From IMG/VR virus record IMGVR_UViG_3300042914_002848: a stretch of 64,000 nucleotides of DNA, one strand, 5' to 3'. Below the pieces are notes generated by a model. That model did no database searches, was not told where the DNA came from, and saw only the letters and a list, made by a program, of their open reading frames with translations. Every line of letters begins with the position of its first letter. The first letter of the stretch is position 1. Source of the DNA: a virus (taxonomy: Duplodnaviria > Heunggongvirae > Uroviricota > Caudoviricetes). This document shows, one piece after another, positions 49,668 to 58,111 of the stretch. A program made the translations under genes and the position numbers.

Positions 49668-50151
49668 TTATTTCTTGTTCGTTTGTTTTTTGCTGTGCTT
49701 CTCTTACATTCTTTGGTTCTACCATATCAACAGGTTTATATTTGTAATTGTAAACTATTGCTGATTTGATGTTTTTCCATATAAAAGTTCTATATCCTTC
49801 TTGCAACAATTTGTTTCTAATTTTTGCGGTATATATCCCCTTTGATGCTTCATTGAACTCTAACTTTGCTAATTCTAATTTTTTAACTCTTGCTGATTCA
49901 GATATTACTTCACGAAATTCTTTTGATAATCTTTCAAATATTTGAGGTCTTAAATAATTCAAGTCTAAGCAATGAAAGTAGTTTTTGTATCTTGGTTCTA
50001 AAACAAGTACCCAATAATAATTCAATTCACCATTTACCTTTTCATACTGAAGCTTTGCTACCATTCCCCTTTCCAAATACATTTTGTTTAGAGGTTGAGC
50101 ATCACTCAATCTGAGTAAATGTTGATTTATGAATTTCTTATCCGTTGGCAT
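49633..50151 (-). CDS. hypothetical protein
   Basis: 172-aa ORF. Confidence 0.45.
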   Translation of the reverse strand: MPTDKKFINQHLLRLSDAQPLNKMYLERGMVAKLQYEKVNGELNYYWVLVLEPRYKNYFHCLDLNYLRPQIFERLSKEFREVISESARVKKLELAKLEFNEASKGIYTAKIRNKLLQEGYRTFIWKNIKSAIVYNYKYKPVDMVEPKNVREAQQKTNEQEINETKLRINSQK

Positions 50152-51508
50152 CTACTTTTTTCAATTCAGGTAGTTTTATTTTTGGTAGTTCGTTTGTTTC
50201 ACCAACCTTATTAAGTTTTGGTAATTCAATCTTTTTAAGTGTTGGTAGTTTTAAACCAACCATTTGAGGAGCGGAGTCTGCCCCATACTTTTCCAAGTAT
50301 TCAGATAACTTTTCGGTCATTTTATCAAAGGTAAAGTTATCTTTTGCATACTTACGATTCTTTCTGGATAGTTCTAAATACTTATTGTAATTTTCGTAGA
50401 TATCCTTCATATACCCAGCTGCTTCGCTTATATTGATTTTAAACCACTTAGAACCTTTAATCAACCAATCATTCACAGCTGATTGATGTATTTCTTCTAA
50501 TTCCCCACTAACTAACACATTAAACCCATTATCCAAAAAGTCCATATGACCACTCCACTTAGGAGCAATGATTGGTTTACCACTTATCATTGCTTCTAAT
50601 AGTGGTCTACCGAATCCTTCACCCTTTGTAAAAGATAGATGCGCTTTAACCTTTGTATGGTTGTATAGGGAGTTCATTTCAATATCTGATAAATCACCAC
50701 TCAATAAATAAATATTAGGTAGTTTTGATTCCCCACTTTCTTTTCGGACCTGCTCTTTCAACGATTCAATTCTTTTCCTTATCTCATGAGTATCCACATA
50801 AGAAGGCGCCATCAAACTTGTTTTTAGAACAAGAGCAGGTGCGGTTTTTTTACCTTTGAATGATTGTAAAAAGGTATATATCATCGCACATACATTCTTA
50901 CGGTCTTGCCCACATTCGCCAGGCAACCAATGTCCTACGAATAGGAAGCAAAACTCTTCTGAAACATCACTCAATACATCTTTTACAGATTGTTCAACAG
51001 GCAGTTTATTATCGTATATCTGCTCATCAAACCCTTCAAAGAGAACTTCAACAGGCTTCGTTAATCCTAACTCACCAACCTTTTGTTGAGTTTTTTCATC
51101 CTGCATATCATACTTTATCTCCAACCCAGATTTGGCGTGGTTGGATGATACCAAAGTTAGATTCATTCTATTACACCCCTCAATAAATTGAGGTGAAGCC
51201 TGATTTGTTTCAATCCCCGCAGTTATACCAATGTTATAGTTACCCATAGGTTGGAACTCATTTGGTATTGTAATTTGTATCCAAACATCAGGCTTTTGAT
51301 TAATCTGCCCCAAAACCAATCTACTCACCAAATCATCATCAATTGGTGATATCAAAGCGTTTTGAGGTGTAGCACCCCATCTCTGAGGTAAAATCTTAAC
51401 ATCCCAATCCGGCCTTGCTTTTATCAAACTACGGACAAAGTCACGACTACGCGCACCGTATCCACTACGGGTTGCTATTGGGCAACTAACTATACATAAC
51501 TTCTTCAT
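50138..51508 (-). CDS. glycosyltransferase family 4 (GT-B, GT1 fold)
   Basis: EGFGRPLLEAMISGKPIIAP. Confidence 0.65.
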   Translation of the reverse strand: MKKLCIVSCPIATRSGYGARSRDFVRSLIKARPDWDVKILPQRWGATPQNALISPIDDDLVSRLVLGQINQKPDVWIQITIPNEFQPMGNYNIGITAGIETNQASPQFIEGCNRMNLTLVSSNHAKSGLEIKYDMQDEKTQQKVGELGLTKPVEVLFEGFDEQIYDNKLPVEQSVKDVLSDVSEEFCFLFVGHWLPGECGQDRKNVCAMIYTFLQSFKGKKTAPALVLKTSLMAPSYVDTHEIRKRIESLKEQVRKESGESKLPNIYLLSGDLSDIEMNSLYNHTKVKAHLSFTKGEGFGRPLLEAMISGKPIIAPKWSGHMDFLDNGFNVLVSGELEEIHQSAVNDWLIKGSKWFKINISEAAGYMKDIYENYNKYLELSRKNRKYAKDNFTFDKMTEKLSEYLEKYGADSAPQMVGLKLPTLKKIELPKLNKVGETNELPKIKLPELKKVDANG

Positions 51509-52926
51509 ACTTTTACTATTTCAAACTTTTTACGAGGTTTCCAATTTTCAAATACCACCTCCATTGATTCAATAAAGGTTTCACCCATTTTTTCAGCTGT
51601 CATATTACCAACACCATTTACAAATGCGTGCGCTAACATCCCCGCTTTTGCTCTTTCATCTGCTGGGGTATCATACCATTCCTTAATTGCGTTTCCAAAA
51701 TCTCTGAAATCACATCTATCATCAAATATATAAGGTGTCAATGGTGAACCTTGCAATGAACGATTTGATGGCCATACAGGCTTTACCCACTCACCCCAAG
51801 TCAATCTACTCAAATAATCAGAACGAACATCGTGCAACGAACCCAATTCCAAATAATCATCTTCGGTTAAGAACTTACCATCCATTTTAAACCCACATTG
51901 GTCTTGCAATCCACCAGTAACATTTACCACAATTGGTAAACCAGCTCTCATCCCTTCACAAGTACTCAACCCAAAACCTTCATTGGATGTAAGGTTTACA
52001 ATTATATCACCTGAGTTGTAGTACAGGTTTAATTCTTCAGTTGATATGCCAGGATTTGTAAATACATATTTACCACCACTGGAGCAATTCTTAATAACTT
52101 CAGGTATATCCGTTCCATTTTCATCTACAGGCTGTGTGTGTAAAAACAAACAAACCTTATCACGCTTCTCCTTTGGTAATTGCTGAACAAAACTATCAAA
52201 AGCAATAATCAAATCACCTGGTTGTTTTCTACGAATATTTCTATTGTTCCACAACACCACAAATTCCATATCATCAATTCCATACTTTTTCTTAAACTCC
52301 ACCAATTTTTCATTATCTTTTGGTAGTGGTTTAAAATGTTCGGATACACCATGCGGTACATACTTAAATGTCCAATCAGGTAAATCCATACCATACTTTT
52401 TCAAACACCTTTTGTTGATACCATAAGTTTGTTTTGATATCGCCATCAGCAAATCACAACTTGCGTAATAAGGTGAATTCCAAACTGGGTCAGGTAAATC
52501 ATCCCAAATATTATAATAAAATATTGGAATCATCTGCCTAAGTTCATGCTCCATTTGATACAACCATATCCAATATCTTGGGTCGGTAAAGTGTAGAATA
52601 GCATCAGGCTTTTCCACATTTATCAATTGACGAACAATATCAGGATTTCCATATCCATTAGTGCAGTATATTTTTAGATATGCATCCTCAACACCAGTTT
52701 CTTTTGCAGCATCCTGCGATACATCTAAAACCTTTCCGTTTTCTGGGTGATTTAATGCAGCACCTAATTGAACCCAATCGTATTTGTGTAGGGTTTTTAG
52801 GACAAACTCTTTTGATTGAGTTGCTATTCCACTAAATAATCTTAAATCATCTGAAAGAAGGAGTATCTTCTTTTTCTTTGGTTTGTTAGGGTCTATTTTC
52901 CTAAGCTTTGGTAATTTTAATTCCAT
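51505..52926 (-). CDS. glycosyltransferase family 4 (GT-B)
   Basis: NEGFGLSTCEGMRAGLPIVV. Confidence 0.65.
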   Translation of the reverse strand: MELKLPKLRKIDPNKPKKKKILLLSDDLRLFSGIATQSKEFVLKTLHKYDWVQLGAALNHPENGKVLDVSQDAAKETGVEDAYLKIYCTNGYGNPDIVRQLINVEKPDAILHFTDPRYWIWLYQMEHELRQMIPIFYYNIWDDLPDPVWNSPYYASCDLLMAISKQTYGINKRCLKKYGMDLPDWTFKYVPHGVSEHFKPLPKDNEKLVEFKKKYGIDDMEFVVLWNNRNIRRKQPGDLIIAFDSFVQQLPKEKRDKVCLFLHTQPVDENGTDIPEVIKNCSSGGKYVFTNPGISTEELNLYYNSGDIIVNLTSNEGFGLSTCEGMRAGLPIVVNVTGGLQDQCGFKMDGKFLTEDDYLELGSLHDVRSDYLSRLTWGEWVKPVWPSNRSLQGSPLTPYIFDDRCDFRDFGNAIKEWYDTPADERAKAGMLAHAFVNGVGNMTAEKMGETFIESMEVVFENWKPRKKFEIVKV

Positions 52927-52963
52927 AAATTTTCGTAACTAACTTTATTATAAATATTATTTT

Positions 52964-53398
52964 CTACCCAATAAAAGTTACTTTTGAACCAGTTATTTTC
53001 AACATTTTTTTGAAATGGGATAGTTCCCCGTGTGATATTTCTCCAAAATATAGAATCTTATCTGCGTTCCTAGCAATCAACTCATACTGATGCAGTTTTT
53101 GTGTTGCGTGATAAGGTTTTTCATAATACGATTCGGTCATTCCGCTGTATAGGTTCATTGGAGTGGATGCTAAGTTGTATTCAATATACTTAACACCCAT
53201 TTCCAATGCCCATTTCTTAACCCACTTTTCAGCACCATTCTGATTACCTCTTGAAATCAATATTAGGTTATCACCATATAAATTCTTCAACTTAAAAACC
53301 AAATCTTTGATTTCCATTCGGTTTTCGTATCGTTCACTACCAATTAATGCTACCCTGGTCATAATCTTGCTCCTGTAAAATCTCTGTGTTACTTTCAT
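52964..53398 (-). CDS. hypothetical protein
   Basis: 144 aa; an alternative start lies at 53362. Confidence 0.45.
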   Translation of the reverse strand: MKVTQRFYRSKIMTRVALIGSERYENRMEIKDLVFKLKNLYGDNLILISRGNQNGAEKWVKKWALEMGVKYIEYNLASTPMNLYSGMTESYYEKPYHATQKLHQYELIARNADKILYFGEISHGELSHFKKMLKITGSKVTFIG

Positions 53399-54386
53399 CT
53401 TTTCTACGATAAATACTCAATAAAAAATCGGTTTTAATTCTATCAGTTTTTGGGCATAAATCGTATCTACTTTTAAAAGGACAAAACTTACACTGCTTAT
53501 TACTAAATCCAGCAGTTGCTGGGAAATTGTTATCAACCCTATGAGAACCATCGTTATTAAAGGCTTCTTTTACAAAGTCCTCAAACATTTTAAGAGTTTT
53601 CTTTATAGTTCTACCCCCATTTGTTGGTGAAAACTTTTGTAATCGGGTTACATTATACATCATCGCCTCATTCAACTTTCTTTTCAAGATTAAATACTTT
53701 ACATCAATCTTTTTGTATTCAATCCCAAATTGTTGTGAGAAAAAGTGTTTGTATAAAATAAGCTGTGCTGTTTTTGTTTCATCTGCTTTCTGATAACTAT
53801 TCCAACCATTGGTGGATGTTTTGATATCAACGATTAAGATGTTACCTGTTTCAATTTCCTCAAAAACCAAATCTAAGTAACTAATCATTTTTATGTTTTC
53901 CATACCCTTTACTATGGGTTGGTACAACTTTGTTTCAATACCAAATAACTTCCACTTTCTGGTTGAAAATAACTCTGCCCTACTTTTCTTTAGCTCATTC
54001 AGTATTTCTATCCCATCCAAATAAAACTCATTCATTTGAGATTTTGTAATCCAATCTTTTAAATCAGGTCTATTTTCTAAAAGAGATTTATACTCCCTAG
54101 CCATTGTATCTCTTAACAAAGCCCCCAAATCCATTTCATCGGATTCTAATGGAGATTTTGTAAAAAGTATTTTTAACCACTCCTGAATAGTTTCGTGCAT
54201 ACTTGTCCCAAACAGCAGGTGAATAGAAGGCTCATCCTCTTTATGCCCATCCATATAGGTTAATTTCCATTTCTTAGGACAATTAATCCACATTGTGAAC
54301 TGAGAATAAGAAACCCTCACATCGCCTGGAGACTCCGTTGGGGTTGTAAAATCAAGTATACTATTAAAACTATTTTTCATAATCAA
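53337..54386 (-). CDS. PD-(D/E)XK nuclease (RecB/Cas4-like exonuclease)
   Basis: LIVDIKTS D-x-K motif. C-terminal Cys cluster CKFCPFKSRYDLC. Confidence 0.55.
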   Translation of the reverse strand: MIMKNSFNSILDFTTPTESPGDVRVSYSQFTMWINCPKKWKLTYMDGHKEDEPSIHLLFGTSMHETIQEWLKILFTKSPLESDEMDLGALLRDTMAREYKSLLENRPDLKDWITKSQMNEFYLDGIEILNELKKSRAELFSTRKWKLFGIETKLYQPIVKGMENIKMISYLDLVFEEIETGNILIVDIKTSTNGWNSYQKADETKTAQLILYKHFFSQQFGIEYKKIDVKYLILKRKLNEAMMYNVTRLQKFSPTNGGRTIKKTLKMFEDFVKEAFNNDGSHRVDNNFPATAGFSNKQCKFCPFKSRYDLCPKTDRIKTDFLLSIYRRKDESNTEILQEQDYDQGSINW

Positions 54387-54624
54387 TCAAAAAAGCTGGG
54401 AATGGTTCTTGTCCATGCAAACCTAAAATATTGTATTCATAAAACTCATAGGCCTCTTCATAACTCATACCATCCCTCTCCATAAGTTTTGATAGAATGG
54501 CTTTAATTGAATAGAGTATTTTTGTATCACTACCCGCCTGCTCAACCCTACCTAAAATACAATCATTGAATCCATCCAATACAATCATACCCTCATAAAC
54601 ATCATCTAATATATTATTTTCCAT
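54370..54624 (-). CDS. hypothetical protein
   Basis: 84-aa ORF. Confidence 0.4.
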   Translation of the reverse strand: MENNILDDVYEGMIVLDGFNDCILGRVEQAGSDTKILYSIKAILSKLMERDGMSYEEAYEFYEYNILGLHGQEPFPAFLIDYEK

Positions 54625-54883
54625 TTTGTAAGTTTTGAATTTTTCTATCTAAGTACCACTTTGCTTTTAATAAATCTTCCAATTCTTTATCTTGATGCTT
54701 TTTTCCGGCACGGGATATGTACTTGACTGTATTACCCAAATGAAAATCTAAATCCCATGCTTCTATAACCTTAATTGCCTCATAAGGATTATCTACCCCA
54801 CCATAATGATTGGGGTGGTTTACCATTTCTTTACTTTGCTGCATCTTTATACATTTTATCAATTTGAGAATCTTTAACTCCAT
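54614..54883 (-). CDS. hypothetical protein
   Basis: 89-aa ORF. Confidence 0.4.
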   Translation of the reverse strand: MELKILKLIKCIKMQQSKEMVNHPNHYGGVDNPYEAIKVIEAWDLDFHLGNTVKYISRAGKKHQDKELEDLLKAKWYLDRKIQNLQNGK

Positions 54884-55358
54884 ACTTTTTTATAATACTT
54901 CTAACCTCATCCTCTGATAATATCTCTAAATAATCATCAGCTTCTCTGCTTGAGACCTCAAAGTACTTACAAATATACGAAATAATTTCTTCAGAAACAA
55001 CATTCCCGCCAGATTTTTTTATGTATTTATCAAAAGTTTTTTTCTTTGGTAAAAAATCATAATATACCTTATACACCTCCCTAGCACCTAATTTTCCATT
55101 GGTGAATCTTTGAACTTCATTTACTAAATCAATGAATTCATAGTTCATACTCAACCAACGATTGGCAAGATAAACCGAAAACGATTTTTTATCAACATCC
55201 GAAAGGGATTCCCATTTCGTTTTGTTTTCTTTCAAACCACTTAAATGGTCAAAAAGAGTTTTAGCTTTTATCGTTCCTTCAGAACTATCACTTTTTTTCT
55301 TCGGGGGCATCGAATAAACCTTTTGGTACAAATTTTGGATGAACAGTTCCACACTCAC
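54831..55358 (-). CDS. hypothetical protein
   Basis: 175-aa ORF. Confidence 0.45.
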   Translation of the reverse strand: MSVELFIQNLYQKVYSMPPKKKSDSSEGTIKAKTLFDHLSGLKENKTKWESLSDVDKKSFSVYLANRWLSMNYEFIDLVNEVQRFTNGKLGAREVYKVYYDFLPKKKTFDKYIKKSGGNVVSEEIISYICKYFEVSSREADDYLEILSEDEVRSIIKKYGVKDSQIDKMYKDAAK

Positions 55359-55569
55359 TACAAACTACCACTGGGATAGGAATCATTGATGCTTTCCCAT
55401 TTGGAGATTGAATCGCAGGTAGTTCTTTGAACATCATTTTTTCTTCAAAAAAGATACTATCACAATTTGGACAAGTAACTGTTTGAAGCTTCATCGGGTC
55501 TACATTGAACTGAATCGGTTGTTCATGTTGTTGGGGTGCTCCCCCTTTAAAATCTACTAATTTTGCCAT
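55288..55569 (-). CDS. zinc-ribbon protein
   Basis: CPNC...CSEC Cys pairs. Confidence 0.45.
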   Translation of the reverse strand: MAKLVDFKGGAPQQHEQPIQFNVDPMKLQTVTCPNCDSIFFEEKMMFKELPAIQSPNGKASMIPIPVVVCSECGTVHPKFVPKGLFDAPEEKK

Positions 55570-55582
55570 TTTTATCCTTTAT

Positions 55583-56500
55583 TTACATTAAAATATTTAC
55601 AAACATTGCCATTACATTTATTTCTTTATCCACCACCAACGAATCCTTATATTGCGCTTCGGCTATATTAACAATTGTAGTTCCAACCTTATTTCCCGCA
55701 TACTCATCCACCCTTTCATATAGGGATGAATACAACTTTGTATAATCTCTTACTTTTGAATCTGCCAATATTTGACGAATCTGAGTAAACTTACTTTTAG
55801 TATCTACTCCACTTTTTAAGATATCCACAATTTTTTCGGAATAGGTTGATTCAATGCTGGATTGTTTATCAATAACCAACCTACCATTAATAACCTGTCG
55901 CTGTGCAGCGTTTATTACCCTACGAATATCGGGGTATCCACTATTAACAATAACCGCAAGGTCTTGCATTTCAAATTGAATACCCTCATTAATTAAGATA
56001 TCATTCAATCTTTTAGCCACATCTTTTTTAGTTGGTGGTATAATTTCAAATGTTTGACATCTACTTTGAATTGGGTCAATAACCTTTTCAGGATAATTAC
56101 AAGTCAATATAAACCTCGTACTCTTACTAAATGTTTCCATTAGATTACGAAGAGCTGCTTGTGCATCTCTTGTTAGGTAATCAGATTCATCCAATATTAC
56201 AACCTTCCAAGTCCGAAATCCAACCGATGCTGCAAATCCTCTGATTTTCTCTCTTAAAGTATCAATACCCCTTTCATCGGATGCGTTGACATAAAGATAA
56301 TCACAATCAATAGCATTTACTATAATTTTTGCTAATGTGGTTTTACCAGTCCCCGCATCACCATGTAGTAACAAGTGCGGAACATCATTGTTTTCTATGT
56401 AAATATTAACTTTTTGTATGATATGTTCATTACCAACATATCCCTCAAGTCCAGATGGGCGATATCGTTCTACCCATAAGCTATTTTCATTATTACTCAT
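55583..56500 (-). CDS. clamp loader large subunit (T4 gp44 / RFC small-subunit-like AAA+ ATPase)
   Basis: WVERYRP, Walker A GDAGTGKTT, DExx in ILDESD, and the SRC motif in QSRCQ. Confidence 0.85.
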   Translation of the reverse strand: MSNNENSLWVERYRPSGLEGYVGNEHIIQKVNIYIENNDVPHLLLHGDAGTGKTTLAKIIVNAIDCDYLYVNASDERGIDTLREKIRGFAASVGFRTWKVVILDESDYLTRDAQAALRNLMETFSKSTRFILTCNYPEKVIDPIQSRCQTFEIIPPTKKDVAKRLNDILINEGIQFEMQDLAVIVNSGYPDIRRVINAAQRQVINGRLVIDKQSSIESTYSEKIVDILKSGVDTKSKFTQIRQILADSKVRDYTKLYSSLYERVDEYAGNKVGTTIVNIAEAQYKDSLVVDKEINVMAMFVNILM

Positions 56501-56775
56501 CTTCCTACTTCTTTTAAATATGTTTCTTTTGCTTTTTCCCAGCTCATTCCTATGATATCTACATAAAAAAGTGCTTCGGGTTTAATTCTTACTTCATCAA
56601 ACAGAGGGGTGTATCTGCGAATTGCTTTAGGTTTCCACCAATTTATAGTATATTCATCACCTTTAACAAACTTATCCTTCATAACCAATTTATCTTCTTC
56701 TATTTCCCCCTTCAGAAATTCGTTACCATTTTCGTAGAATGGTGCAAGATACACCCCCTGTTTGAAGAAAAACAT
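56497..56775 (-). CDS. clamp loader small subunit (gp62-like, tentative)
   Basis: 92-aa ORF lying between the clamp-loader and clamp genes. Confidence 0.4.
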   Translation of the reverse strand: MFFFKQGVYLAPFYENGNEFLKGEIEEDKLVMKDKFVKGDEYTINWWKPKAIRRYTPLFDEVRIKPEALFYVDIIGMSWEKAKETYLKEVGR

Positions 56776-56776
56776 A

Positions 56777-57475
56777 TTATTTCACTTCAACTAAAAAGTA
56801 TTCTGATTTAAAACCTTCACTCTCAAATGTACAATGCGCCAAACCCGCAGTTGCGATTTTTAGATTAGCTGCTTTTGGAGCCCGGTTCGCATTTAGGATT
56901 TCTTTCAAATACTTTGCAGAAAATGAAATAGGCCCAACCGAATCTTTGGTGCAAGTACAATCAACCTTAATAGAAATTCTATTTGAGTTAATCTTTGAAT
57001 ACCCCAAAATAATCTCACCCTTACCATCTTTACATTGGAAGGTAAAAGTATCGGAATCACTTAAAGCGCCTTTTGACTTGATGAACCTACTAATAAATTC
57101 ATCACTCAAAGTGATTTCAGATTCAAAATCAGGCACCTGTTTGATATCCGGCACAGCAGGAATAACTGATAGGTCAGCCATCATATAGTTCACCGTAGTT
57201 GAATTATCGGAGAACTCCAATGCAGCACTTCCCGCAGTTACATTGATATTAGCATCCAACACACCTAATAGATTTTTGAGTTGGGATGTAGTATAGACAC
57301 CAAATTCACCATCAGCAAATTCAGCATCTTCAGATGTAACAGTTCCCAATAGGGTTTTATCATCTGAAATGAATTTAACACTCATACCAGTTTTATCTGA
57401 TACGATTTTTACCGATTCAATCTCACCACCTAAATTATAGCGGCTTATGAATCCCTCTAACGAAGATTTTTTCAT
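56777..57475 (-). CDS. sliding clamp (T4 gp45-like, tentative)
   Basis: 232 aa (T4 gp45 is 228 aa), adjacent to the clamp loader and preceded by a promoter element. Confidence 0.5.
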   Translation of the reverse strand: MKKSSLEGFISRYNLGGEIESVKIVSDKTGMSVKFISDDKTLLGTVTSEDAEFADGEFGVYTTSQLKNLLGVLDANINVTAGSAALEFSDNSTTVNYMMADLSVIPAVPDIKQVPDFESEITLSDEFISRFIKSKGALSDSDTFTFQCKDGKGEIILGYSKINSNRISIKVDCTCTKDSVGPISFSAKYLKEILNANRAPKAANLKIATAGLAHCTFESEGFKSEYFLVEVK

Positions 57476-57496
57476 AGTTTTTAATTTTTAAAGTTT

Positions 57497-57530
57497 ATAC
57501 AATATACGAAATTTTTATCAATTATCCAAA
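57497..57530 (-). promoter_or_regulatory. conserved phage promoter element
   Basis: Reads GTTTGGATAATTGATAAAAATTTCGTATATTGTA on the minus strand. Confidence 0.5.
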
Positions 57531-58111
57531 CATTTATAGAAAATAATTTTACGATTTTCACCAGTTGGTTTTACAAACTTTTTAGATAACTCTTCCGAAT
57601 TATCCCATTTCATAGATGATGATTTATGTTCAGGTAAGCCTGCTGTAAAACCAATAGATTGCCAATTATCTGCTTTATAAACTGCTCCAGTATTACCACC
57701 TGCTACAAATGTAATGATATGTTTAAGTTCATCTCCATATTTTTGTTTCCAAGCAATCGGGCCTTTTTTTCTCAATTCTTTTAAAATACGAGTTCCTGCA
57801 TTCTTTATTGATTTTACCATACAAAATCTCCAATTATTACATATTGTATTGAAAACTTCTCTATACTCCAACTTACTTAATTGTAACTTATTTAACAAGT
57901 CTTTTGGTGGTGGATATACTGAAGAACCTATACCAATCATACCAACAGGCTGCGATGGAAATGAATCTTCTTCGTATATTAACCAATCAATTCTCCTACC
58001 AACAGAAGCATTATGTGGAACATACGAATGATAGTTTTCAATTATTTTTTTAACAATATCTTTTTGAGATTGTGTTTTAACTTCAACTAAAACCATCGTT
58101 TTAAAATCCAA
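57518..58111 (-). CDS. hypothetical protein
   Basis: 197-aa ORF. Confidence 0.45.
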   Translation of the reverse strand: MDFKTMVLVEVKTQSQKDIVKKIIENYHSYVPHNASVGRRIDWLIYEEDSFPSQPVGMIGIGSSVYPPPKDLLNKLQLSKLEYREVFNTICNNWRFCMVKSIKNAGTRILKELRKKGPIAWKQKYGDELKHIITFVAGGNTGAVYKADNWQSIGFTAGLPEHKSSSMKWDNSEELSKKFVKPTGENRKIIFYKCLDN

